In this document: one piece after another, positions 11,101 through 19,036 of the stretch
Numbering within the stretch: the stretch's first letter is position 1
How the letters are laid out: the number at the start of each line of letters is the position of its first letter
NCBI RefSeq assembly: GCF_018336915.1
Contig: NZ_CP064926.1
Span: 60,001 to 92,000, forward strand
Source: Acaryochloris marina S15
GTDB lineage: Bacteria > Cyanobacteriota > Cyanobacteriia > Thermosynechococcales > Thermosynechococcaceae
DNA length: 32,000 nucleotides
Reading direction: 5' to 3'
Translations under genes and position numbers: made by a program
Notes under the pieces: model-generated
What the model was told of the DNA's origin: nothing
What the model saw: the letters and a program-made list of their open reading frames with translations, nothing else
Database searches by the model: none

Positions 11101-11385
11101 TCGCCATGTATATTCTTTTGACGCCATAACTTTTTTGGAGGAGGGGTTGAGTGCTCTTTTTTCCCAACTGTGTTAGTTGAATGTGGCTTGCTACTTGAAG
11201 CTTGAATAGGCTTTAAAGCATTTTCTACAATTTTCTCGTATGCATCTGAATCGATATATTTTATTGCCCTTAATCCATTAGGTAGTAGATCCAATCCTTG
11301 TCCCACTTTACGAAATTCACGAGTCTGATCGATGACGAGGATATTCGTGATACCTCTCTTTCGTAAACCAATTGCTGTTGCCAAG

Positions 11386-12871
11386 GGGCGTATTTAGCGG
11401 ATCGGGGATGCCTTAGTTTTCGGAATGGTCACCTCTGGGAATAAGGAGTCAAACCGTTCATTGACCCAGGCAATTCTCAAGATCAGTAAATGGTTGAAAC
11501 CATCCTCACTCCAGCGCATGCCAACTCCCTTAAAGCGCTGCTGAATCAACCACTTGCATGCACTTTCAACCATTCCTGACCCGAGAGGAATCTGTTGCTG
11601 TTCAAAGTGCCGATAACGGATGTGGTTATGATGGCGTTGGAAATAAGCCTGCACCTGGAGCAACGTTGAAAAAGACTTTCCCGTTAACAGTTGTGAGTGA
11701 ATCAATATCGTCAAGGACCGTAATACAAGTAGGTGTTGCCCGTGTCGCAATTGGTGTCGCCAGTGCCGGAACCAGGCTTGGGCTTGAGCAGAGCGGGCAT
11801 CTCCAAACATCGCTTTAGTTGCTCGTGCCAGATGGCCTGCTGAATGAAAAAAGTCGAGGACTGCCACAGCACAATGAGAGAACAAGGTGCGATAGACTCG
11901 CCAGAAGCCTCGTCCCCCATCACTGAGCCAGATGACTTTTGGAGCAGATTCAAAGTCTTGTTTGTGAGCTTCGAGTTGAAGTAAAGGGATGAACTGGTCG
12001 ATATCGCCCAATACTGCCACCAGTCTTCGACGCAGTAATTGGGGGACCTCCTTTTTAGCTCGGGTAACCCGTGTTCCCAGGCGAGCTAAGATGGCGACTT
12101 TGACTTCTCGCCACTGGATTTTTCCCTTGGGTGAGTTCGGGGTGGGGCGAAAGGGGACCATCACACCATCGGCGGCAATGGCCAAAGGTAGAGCAGATAA
12201 CATCTCTGAAATCGCTTCACAAGGGGCCTGAGTCCCTGATGATTGAGCGTTGAGTTGAGCTTCTAATTCCTGCTGAGCTTTGTTACCCACGGATTGCACC
12301 CAGTTCCACAAACTGGATGGACTCACGGATAGACCACTCCACTGACCCAGCATCCAACTGGCCAGTTCATAGGGCATGAACAGACTCAACAAGCAGCCCA
12401 GACGCACCAGTTCTTCGCTGCTGTGCTGATAGGGGGCAATCCCAATGGCTTGATCCAGGGGAGTCAACAGACTGCCTGGACATCCTTTGGGACAACGGCC
12501 CACCCGTCGCTTTCAAGAGATAGTGCCTACCAGTGTCTGCATCTGACGAGATTCCCATCCCTTCGAATGTAAGCGGGTTCCGCAGGTAGTACATACAGGC
12601 CATACAAATACTGCTTTCGCGCGCCTTGAGAGTTCATCCTCCAGAAGACAGCGAGCTAGAAACAAGCCCATTTGCAGAACGATATAAACCATCTGACTCA
12701 GGCTGGTTGATACTTTGAGTGCTTCAGTTTGTTCTAGAAATTCGTCATGGGCTAGCACGGTTAGCAATTGCGATGGTAGGGTCATGATAGTTTTTTGGTT
12801 CGGGTACAGGATCTATTGTCCTTGACCCGTTTTTCTTTGAGCCATGCATCCCCGATCCTTTGCTTACGCCC
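11386..12871 (-). mobile_element. ISKra4-like insertion sequence (1486 bp), copy 1
   Basis: Terminal inverted repeats: GGGCGTATTTAGCGGATCGGGGATG (11386..11410) versus the reverse complement of 12847..12871 (GGGCGTAAGCAAAGGATCGGGGATG), 20/25 matching. There is a perfect 9-bp duplication GTTGCCAAG at 11377..11385 and 12872..12880. The family name is from memory of the transposase architecture. Confidence 0.75.
11394..12785 (-). pseudogene. ISKra4-like transposase interrupted by one in-frame TGA
   Basis: ORFs 12513..12785 (Zn-finger-like WPVCTTCGTRLHSKGW) and 11394..12503 are in the same frame. Only TGA at 12513..12515 separates them: ...QTLVGTIS*KRRVGRCPKGCPGS... Confidence 0.75.
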
Positions 12872-13072
12872 GTTGCCAAGCCTACTGGACCCGCACCAAC
12901 AATTAAGACATCATAGATTTTCCGTGGAGCATCGGAACCACTGGTATCAGTCATGGCTATAAATAAATCTAGTTGAGCTTTAAAAACAAAAGGGGAACGA
13001 TGGAGCCAGAAATAAACAGCCATTCCCCTGCAACCTCATGTACCGAACGATACCACTTTTTCTGAGACGACT

Positions 13073-13564
13073 TTGCGATCGCAACATTCTCACAACCTAA
13101 CGATTCAACTGACCGAAGATCAGCTTGGATTCCTCGCCTACGTGTACCCCAATGAAGACCTGGAAGATGCTCTGATCAAGGTCCTTGAGAGAGCCAGGAA
13201 ACAAGCCATTCGACAGGCAGAGAAGCAGATCAGAGTCTTATATCCTGGTCAAGACAATGAGAAAACAAAGGAAGAAACCCCAGAGAAACCCGTTAGCCAG
13301 GGGGATGATGGGGTGGAGAATCCGATCGATGAGCGACAGGAGTTGTGTCAGCGGCAGCAGATCTCCATGCCCAGGTATGAGTTCGAGACGATACCGGAAG
13401 GATTTCGCTGTATGGTGCTGGCGATGGGCCTAGAGGGAGTTAGTGAGGGGCAGAGGCGAAGGTGCGGGCTGCGAAAAGACTGCTTGGCAAAGCTGCTCCA
13501 AATTAAGCTTTCCCCAGAAATCCCCCAGAGTACTTCCCTGAAGGCTACACTGGCTTTGCCTTAG
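13073..13564 (+). CDS. Hypothetical protein with a possible dsRNA-binding-domain-like C-terminal half
   Basis: 163-codon ORF starting at TTG. ERQELCQRQQISMPRYEFETIPEGFRCMVLAMGLEGVSEG...LAKLL loosely follows the dsRBD pattern (L.E.cQ+...P.Y......F...V...G....G......AA..lL). The call is weak and unsearched. Confidence 0.45.
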   Translation: MRSQHSHNLTIQLTEDQLGFLAYVYPNEDLEDALIKVLERARKQAIRQAEKQIRVLYPGQDNEKTKEETPEKPVSQGDDGVENPIDERQELCQRQQISMPRYEFETIPEGFRCMVLAMGLEGVSEGQRRRCGLRKDCLAKLLQIKLSPEIPQSTSLKATLALP

Positions 13565-13579
13565 CACAGGATATCTGCA

Positions 13580-14200
13580 ATGCCACCTCAACTCATTTCC
13601 CTGAAGCCCAAACCACCAGCCGAATCCCCGGTGACACCCTCGACAAACACCGAAGCAACCCCGACATACCCAGATAAGTCATCATTCCCTACCATCGACC
13701 GGAAAGATGATTCGCCAGTGAAGCGCAAGGTGACTCCACAGCCTGAAAACGATGATCGCACCACTGAACCCACCCCCAGATACGACCGCAGTGAACCCAC
13801 CGATACTCGGAGAACGCAGCGAGGGTATTCAGCTCGGCAAACACCAGGAAGAGTTCGACCCCCCAGAGTATCGAGAGAATTTGAGTCCAAATTTCATGCA
13901 CTGGAGAAGCGTCAAAAGAATCTAGTTCAGCAGACTAAGCAAAAGGGGCAACTTGAGTATCTGACGGTTTCTCGAAGCAGTTCAGGGAAGTTTTGGATCA
14001 CCATCGAGGGCAGCGGTAGGCCATTCATCAGAATTTCGTTTGAAACACCTGAGTTCTGTTTCGAGTGTGCGCTGGAATTAGAGGACACGTTCGATGTATT
14101 GCAGGTGTTGAGTCTGCGGCCAGGGGAAACCATTGAGCGGATTGAGGAGATGATCGGGGTGTGGTTGGACCGGGAACGGGTGGCGAGGGCTTGGGGGTGA
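13580..14200 (+). CDS. Hypothetical protein: Pro/Thr/Arg-rich disordered N-terminus plus a conserved C-terminal 'WG module' (intact copy A)
   Basis: 206-aa ORF lying 15 nt after the previous ORF. Its C-terminal 70 aa (FWITIEGSGRPFIRISFETPEFCFECALELEDTFDVLQVLSLRPGETIERIEEMIGVWLDRERVARAWG*) recurs in three decayed copies in this window. Confidence 0.65.
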   Translation: MPPQLISLKPKPPAESPVTPSTNTEATPTYPDKSSFPTIDRKDDSPVKRKVTPQPENDDRTTEPTPRYDRSEPTDTRRTQRGYSARQTPGRVRPPRVSREFESKFHALEKRQKNLVQQTKQKGQLEYLTVSRSSSGKFWITIEGSGRPFIRISFETPEFCFECALELEDTFDVLQVLSLRPGETIERIEEMIGVWLDRERVARAWG

Positions 14201-14273
14201 AATGGTAGTTTTGCAAGTTGCTGTTCTTCTCAGCTTTAACGTTGCTCAGAATGGATAGTAATTTTTTTCAGTC

Positions 14274-14858
14274 TCAAAGCAATTCATACATAGAGTTTTG
14301 GTCAATATGTTTGGTATATTTTTTGACCAGGATTTCGAGCTGATCGGTGGAGCCAATCTCTATCCAATCGTCAATGGAACCTAGATAGCAATATCTCTGG
14401 GCTTGAAAGAGTCGCTGCTGTTTGTTCACCAAAATGAACCTAAAATCACAGGAATAGGACAGCACCTGTTGGAGGAGTTTTTGTAAGTCCTCTTGAGTTT
14501 TTCCAAGAGCCTGAGCTGTTGGAACGAGAAACTCTGAAAGGGCAGAAACATTCTGAGTCGGAGTAAAAATACTTATGGTCTCTTTCTTGACATCAACTAT
14601 GTATTTATCCGCATGGGAATATTTCTCCATTCCATCCTTAACAAGGCTTAATTCCTGATCGGTGATCAGCTTTGGCGGAATCTTCCTCAAGAAAACTTGG
14701 GCATTAGGATTTTCATAGATTTCAAATCCTTTTGGGATGGCCTCGGCTAATACTCCCTCAGCCTTCATTGAGAAGTGGTATTTGGGTTTACCTGTTTTAG
14801 TCTTGCCCTGATGCAAATAAAACGTTTTCTGCTTCCGGTTGGTGTAGGTTATGGGCAT
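14274..14858 (-). CDS. Conserved hypothetical protein (MPITYTNRK...KTGKPKYHF family)
   Basis: 194-aa ORF with an ATG start. The N-terminus MPITYTNRKQKTFYLHQGKTKTGKPKYHFS resembles a widespread uncharacterised bacterial family that I recall but cannot name. Confidence 0.7.
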   Translation of the reverse strand: MPITYTNRKQKTFYLHQGKTKTGKPKYHFSMKAEGVLAEAIPKGFEIYENPNAQVFLRKIPPKLITDQELSLVKDGMEKYSHADKYIVDVKKETISIFTPTQNVSALSEFLVPTAQALGKTQEDLQKLLQQVLSYSCDFRFILVNKQQRLFQAQRYCYLGSIDDWIEIGSTDQLEILVKKYTKHIDQNSMYELL

Positions 14859-14909
14859 GAGAGTGCAATTGGTTCAAAGGCTCTGATAGTAGATTAATGT
14901 ATTAGGCAA

Positions 14910-15092
14910 TTCTGGATCACAGTTGAGGGAAAAAAGCCGCTCATCAAAATTCCGTTTAAAAGTCCAGAGCTGGGAGACACGCTCAATATCTTCTAGATGG
15001 TTGAGCTGTGGCTAGGTGAAGCAATTGAGTGAATTAAAGAGATAGTAGGCGTTTACCTGAATTGGGAGCGGGTTGCAAAGGTTTGGGGGTGA
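14910..15092 (+). pseudogene. WG-module copy B (gene fragment with two in-frame stops)
   Basis: A single frame reads FWITVEGKKPLIKIPFKSPELGDTLNIF*MVELWLGEAIE*IKEIVGVYLNWERVAKVWG*. The internal stops are at 14994..14996 and 15030..15032. No N-terminal part is present. Confidence 0.6.
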
Positions 15093-15102
15093 TTGGGCCA
15101 AG

Positions 15103-15150
15103 GTTTCTCCTGATAGCCATAAACTACGTAATATCGCTATCAGGAGAAAC
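15103..15150. other. Perfect 15-bp stem-loop (GTTTCTCCTGATAGC / GCTATCAGGAGAAAC, 18-nt loop)
   Basis: The inverted repeat 15103..15117 / 15136..15150 was read directly from the sequence and lies 10 nt after the stop of WG-module copy B. No U-tract follows, so it is not a canonical intrinsic terminator. Confidence 0.7.
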
Positions 15151-15259
15151 TACTAGGGATTTCAGATGGCTAATTGATAATAATCAGTGTTTACGCTGTT
15201 TTAATCAAAATTGCTTTACTTGATGATATAGGGACACACAGGGATAAAGCGAAGATATT

Positions 15260-15673
15260 ATGTTGACAAGTTTTTTGGCCGAAGTATTAGCCGTTACCTT
15301 TGACAACCTGACCCAGACAGCAACGATGTTTGAGTGTGTAGAAGAAGCATCTGAAGAACTAAGCCCAGAAGCAAAGCAGAGATTAGCACTCGTCCATACA
15401 GGTTTAGCAATGGCTATCCAGGCAATGGAATTCGATGAGCTACAGCAATTGATTAAGCAGTCTGAAAATTATTTTGATTTTCAAGAAATCGGCTGATGTT
15501 GGCCTAATGTATTGCGGCTTCACAGAATTCTGCTTGAAGCAGTCTTTGAAATAGAGGATAAGTTCGACATCTTTCAGGTGGTTGAGCTGAGGCCAAAGGA
15601 TGCGATGGAGCGGATTGATGAGATGGTAGGAGTGAGCTTGGATCGGGATCGGGTGGTAAGGGTTTGGGGGTAA
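15260..15673 (+). pseudogene. WG-module copy C: 137-codon reading frame with a single in-frame TGA (15494..15496)
   Basis: ORF 15260..15496 (acidic, helical) stays in the same frame through TGA into CWPNVLRLHRILLEAVFEIEDKFDIFQVVELRPKDAMERIDEMVGVSLDRDRVVRVWG*. This aligns with copy A across the stop (FDFQEIG*CWPNVLRL versus FWITIEGSGRPFIRI). Confidence 0.6.
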
Positions 15674-15692
15674 TTCGGTAGCTGCGGAACAA

Positions 15693-16109
15693 TTGGTTCC
15701 TTCTAGTGTCATTGGGAGTAACGGATCAGGTACGATTCTAGGCTTGAGTATGCATAAAGAGACTGCCTGGAGTATTCACGAAACGTTAAGGATGTGCCTG
15801 GATTTGGTACTAGAGGAGCACTGGCGCATGGACAATCTTCTTCCCTTTCAAGGAATATCACCCCACAAAATCCGCGTGTGTCACCCCAAGTCATTTGAAG
15901 ATGCTGAGGAAGCAATCAACGCAATGAAAACGGATGATATGCTCCTAGTGAATTTAGCAGCTTTGGAAAACAAGCTGGCTCAGAGGCTAACAGACTACTT
16001 GGCTGGTAGTACTTTTGCGCTATCAGGAGAGCGAATGGAGATTGGTAGAGGCGTTTTCCTATTTGCTCCACCATCATTCTCGATCACAAGAATGATGGCT
16101 CCTGCTTGA
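15693..16109 (+). CDS. SepF-domain (DUF552) protein, orphan paralog
   Basis: KIRVCHPKSFEDAEEAINAMKTDDMLLVNLAALENKLAQRLTDYLAGSTFALSGERMEIGRGVFLFAPPSFSI matches the SepF core pattern (P.S+E+A.E......+....VNL......A+R+.D+L.G...A+.G....IG...FL..P). The ORF starts at TTG 15693; an ATG alternative is at 15750. Confidence 0.7.
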   Translation: MVPSSVIGSNGSGTILGLSMHKETAWSIHETLRMCLDLVLEEHWRMDNLLPFQGISPHKIRVCHPKSFEDAEEAINAMKTDDMLLVNLAALENKLAQRLTDYLAGSTFALSGERMEIGRGVFLFAPPSFSITRMMAPA

Positions 16110-16156
16110 GTCGGATGATGATACTGGGCTGAACCCGACCATCTAGTATTCTTTCG

Positions 16157-17053
16157 TTAGGTCTTTTTCTGAGACTTTTTGGCCTTAGTTTTTTTTGATT
16201 CCTCAGATTTAGTCTGTGAATTTTCTTCAAGGATATAACTCATGGGTACATTAGGGGATTTAATCCATAGATTTTTCTTGGTACCCTGATACATAGTGTT
16301 GTGCATCCTTTTACGTTCCACTTTGAGTGCATCGCCACTCAGTTCACCATATAGCTTCAATATCACATCATCCATGTGAACCAAATTTCCAGATTGTTCT
16401 TTCATGATCTGTGTGATTGCATCAAATTTACTCGTCTTGTCAAAGGGCTTGTTCATCTTCAGAACACTGGATGAAGAACGGCCTGTTTGTTTCTGAGCTT
16501 TTTTAGTCTTTTCCTGAGATGGTGTTTTCTTAGGAGTAGAGGATTTTTTGGGCGAAGCTTTTTGAGCAGCTTTTGGAGGATTAGCTTCAGCTTTAGACTC
16601 TACCTTTTTTGTATTTTTCGGAGTTGAGGCTGATTTTTGGGATGTTGGAGATTTTCTCTTCCCAGATGAAGGTGAAGCTTTTGGGGCAGCTTTCTTTGGG
16701 GCAGCTTCAGCTTTAGATTCTACGGTTTCCTTTGTCTTTGCGGTTGCAGCTGCTTTCTTAGAAGTTGCAGCTGTTTTCTTAGAAGCAGCTTTTTGAGTAG
16801 TTTTCTTAGACTTGGTTTTAGGTTCTACTGTTTTAGCAACTTTAGAGGCTGGAGCTTCTGAGGTTAGTGAATCTGCTTCACCTTGCAGGACTGAAAGAAT
16901 GTCAGAGCCTAACAATGGATCTTCAATTAACGTATCTAGAGACGTGATTTTAGTCTTGAGTTGACTCGTTTGAGCTTCGAGTTCAGCAATTGTCTGTTGG
17001 TAGTGGGTCTTTAACTCAAGAAGTACTTTGGAGTATTTGTTGTCAGTAGCCAT
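16157..17053 (-). CDS. Lys/Ala/Ser/Thr-rich histone-H1-like protein with N-terminal coiled coil and a C-terminal globular domain
   Basis: 298-aa ORF. The N-terminus is heptad-like (YQQTIAELEAQTSQLKTKITSLDTLIE). The central ~150 aa are K/A/S/T/P-rich with a 40-aa tandem repeat. The C-terminal ~90 aa (FDAITQIMKEQSGNLVHMDDVILKLYGEL...NLWIKSPNVPMSYIL) are reminiscent of a winged-helix/HARE-HTH-type fold, at low confidence. Confidence 0.7.
   Translation of the reverse strand: MATDNKYSKVLLELKTHYQQTIAELEAQTSQLKTKITSLDTLIEDPLLGSDILSVLQGEADSLTSEAPASKVAKTVEPKTKSKKTTQKAASKKTAATSKKAAATAKTKETVESKAEAAPKKAAPKASPSSGKRKSPTSQKSASTPKNTKKVESKAEANPPKAAQKASPKKSSTPKKTPSQEKTKKAQKQTGRSSSSVLKMNKPFDKTSKFDAITQIMKEQSGNLVHMDDVILKLYGELSGDALKVERKRMHNTMYQGTKKNLWIKSPNVPMSYILEENSQTKSEESKKTKAKKSQKKT
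16583..16723 (-). repeat. Internal 120-nt (40-aa) tandem repeat in the Lys-rich gene
   Basis: AGCTTCAGCTTTAGACTCTAC (16583..16603) and AGCTTCAGCTTTAGATTCTAC (16703..16723) lie 120 nt apart. They encode (E/K)(T/K)VESKAEA(A/N)P(K/P)KAA(P/Q)KASP. Confidence 0.8.
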
Positions 17054-17090
17054 AGATTGTCGTAAATCAGTGTAGTTTCAGCAAAGCTTA

Positions 17091-17113
17091 GGAATGCTAA
17101 CCTATAGCATTCC
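17091..17113. other. Perfect 9-bp stem-loop GGAATGCTA-ACCTA-TAGCATTCC in the leader/promoter region of the Lys-rich gene
   Basis: Read directly from the sequence; it lies 38 nt upstream of the ATG at 17053 (minus strand). It could be an operator or an RNA hairpin; its function is unknown. Confidence 0.6.
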
Positions 17114-17286
17114 CGGAATTAACTTCACTTGTATCTAATCATTAATGGGCTACATTTTGAGTTTCTGGAGAGTTTTGACAATCTTTGCCTTTTTATTTCA
17201 GTTATTTCAAGACTTGCTGAGCTACTCTACATTTTGCTTTGCGCTTATTTCGATAGCATCGTCAATGATTTCGACAGAATGCTTCA

Positions 17287-17628
17287 TCAGCTAGCCCGTT
17301 GAATTCGGTTAATCTTCTCAACAATCAGGCTAGCCTGTTGCTCAACATATTCTTCTTCACCCGTTTTGTGTGTCACTTTTGTGATTTTGAGCTGCCCTTG
17401 TAGAATCAGTTGGTCGCCGGGTTGCAAGGCTTGATGGGCTTTTTCTCCATTTTCACCCCAGTAAATTGCTTTGAGGTTTTCTGGGGGATCTTCTTCTCGT
17501 AATGGAGGAATAGTAACCACAAATTCAGCGATTGCCTGTCCGTCTTTAGCGTGCCGCAGATCTTTCTCTAGGAGGATGGCTTGAAAAGCACATTGATTCA
17601 TAATGTCTATTATCTTAAGTCTGGGCAT
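17287..17628 (-). CDS. Short cyanobacterial-type SSB-like OB-fold protein
   Basis: MNQCAFQAILLEKDLRHAKDGQAIAEFVVTIPPLREEDPPENLKAIYWGENGEKAHQALQPGDQLILQGQLKI parallels the short cyanobacterial SSB pattern (MN.C.L.A.+...P.LR+T.D...+AE..V.FP.L...D.P..LK...WG.LA.....L..GD.+.+EG.L.I). The probable start is ATG at 17601 rather than 17628. Confidence 0.7.
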   Translation of the reverse strand: MPRLKIIDIMNQCAFQAILLEKDLRHAKDGQAIAEFVVTIPPLREEDPPENLKAIYWGENGEKAHQALQPGDQLILQGQLKITKVTHKTGEEEYVEQQASLIVEKINRIQRAS

Positions 17629-17714
17629 GGGTTGTATGACGTATCCTGGCGAGAAACCTAAATTTCACCCAAAGCCTCACTTCATACTCTAGAATAGCTG
17701 CAAGTCTGTCCCTA

Positions 17715-18434
17715 GTGAGGTTTCCTATGCCCTCTGCAACTATCGACAAGCTCAACCAACTCAAAGTTCAGCTTGAGCAGTGCAACAACGAAACTGCTGC
17801 CCTTCTCCTAAAACGAACGATTGCGAAACTCGAATCTCAGCTTCAGATAGAACAACTCACAACAGGTTCTGCCAAAGCACCATCAAAAGAAATACCAAAA
17901 GCCTCTCAGGCTAGTACCAAACGTCAATCCACAGACCAGGATCAGGCCAAGGGAAAACCCAAAGCAACACCCCAGCAACAGCAGGCGACAAAAACTCCCC
18001 AGGCAAAATCTAAGCAGCGAAAGCAGCGAAATAAGAGACAGCCTCTGCTCTCTGGCAATGGCACCCATCGGGCCTGGTGCCGACTTCCGGGAATCATCCG
18101 GGTTCAGGAGGTTGAGGGGGAGAAGGAACGACCCAATTACTTTTTAGAGCTTGACGGTCATCAGATTCCCTTGAGAGTAAAGCATCGATTCGCAAAATTT
18201 ACTAAAGCCGCTTTGGATAGACCCTTGATGGTCAAATGCTATCCCCAGATTATTGATGGTCAAATACTCTTCACACAATTCGCAGGGGCGATTGAGGTAA
18301 ACCCTGAGAAGCCTGAAGCTTGGGTGTTGATCGGAGTGTGGAATGCACACAAGCAAAGAGTGTTGGTCCAGCGTGATCAGAAGCTGGATGACAATAGGAG
18401 GATTCTTCAGCACTCACCTCTGATTAGGCCGTAA
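17715..18434 (+). CDS. Hypothetical protein: coiled-coil N-terminus, Lys/Gln-rich basic linker, C-terminal globular domain
   Basis: 239-codon ORF (GTG at 17715, ATG alternative at 17727), divergent from the SSB-like gene across an 86-bp spacer. The basic stretch is KGKPKATPQQQQATKTPQAKSKQRKQRNKRQ. I recognise no family. Confidence 0.6.
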   Translation: MRFPMPSATIDKLNQLKVQLEQCNNETAALLLKRTIAKLESQLQIEQLTTGSAKAPSKEIPKASQASTKRQSTDQDQAKGKPKATPQQQQATKTPQAKSKQRKQRNKRQPLLSGNGTHRAWCRLPGIIRVQEVEGEKERPNYFLELDGHQIPLRVKHRFAKFTKAALDRPLMVKCYPQIIDGQILFTQFAGAIEVNPEKPEAWVLIGVWNAHKQRVLVQRDQKLDDNRRILQHSPLIRP

Positions 18435-18690
18435 ACGATCAAGGCTGTGATAAGACGCCAACTACACTCATAACTTATACATAGATAGCTTTTCAGAAAT
18501 TTTCAATAATCTGACTCTACTAAAAATAGATCCAACATCTGATCGCTGTGATGACCAAAATTGGTAGATATAATAAGTACACTTATACTAAATGGCGGGA
18601 AATCGCAGCTTAGTTTGTTTATGGCCAATAAGCTGCCTGAATATCAACGGGGTATGAGAGCGATGGAGCTTGTCTGTGCTGGGTTGTAGC

Positions 18691-18953
18691 CTTCATGTCG
18701 CCCCCTCAGGGATGTGACTCATATTTCCAGCCTTAAAAATTTAGAAATGCTCTACCTCCGTCACAATCGTATTAATGAGGTGACACCTTTAGCTAAGCTC
18801 ACTAGCTTGACATGGCTGGATCTCAATACCAACCGTATCTCTGATGTCTCAGTCTTATCGAATTTGGTCAATTTAGAACGACTCCAACTTGAACAGAATC
18901 TGCTCGTCAATCAAAATTGTCCTGTTCCATCCGTAACTGTCTGTCATTTCTGA
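18691..18953 (+). pseudogene. Leucine-rich-repeat protein, 5'-truncated C-terminal fragment
   Basis: Consecutive 22-residue LRRs (LKNLEMLYLRHNRINEVTPLAK / LTSLTWLDLNTNRISDVSVLSN / LVNLERLQLEQN). The frame is closed by TAG at 18688..18690 and has no plausible N-terminus. Confidence 0.6.
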
Positions 18954-19036
18954 ATACTTTGCATTTTATCTTCTTCAGTAATAGTAATACAAAATTTTAC
19001 TGTAGTCTCTCAGATATACACATTTGTGGAGTCGAG

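Larger units (their letters stand above)
9990..12954 (-). pseudogene. FAD-dependent monooxygenase (aromatic-ring hydroxylase/epoxidase-like), split by an ISKra4-like insertion
   Basis: The N-terminal exon-like piece MTDTSGSDAPRKIYDVLIVGAGPVGLAT (12954 down to 12872) holds the GxGxxG dinucleotide fold. The remainder, 9990..11384, starts (L)ATAIGLRKRGITNILVIDQ and contains ADGINSNIR and the C-terminal FAD motif GRVVLSGDAAHAMPPFMAQGANQGFEDA. Removing the IS plus one duplication restores ...GPVGLATAIGLRKRG... in frame. Confidence 0.8.

Noticed and set aside
6100-11384. An apparent AT-rich block (tpsA 5' part plus monooxygenase) starting at the ISAs1 junction, which would suggest that tpsA is a chimera made by IS-mediated recombination
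   Set aside because: Hand counts of 100-nt samples are inconsistent: G+C is 37 at 8161..8260, 43 at 9511..9610 and 35 at 10501..10600, against 48 at 6481..6580 and 41 at 5101..5200. The perfect 10-bp duplication and the in-frame restoration with a continuous repeat motif favour a simple insertion. A sliding-window GC and codon-usage analysis would settle it.
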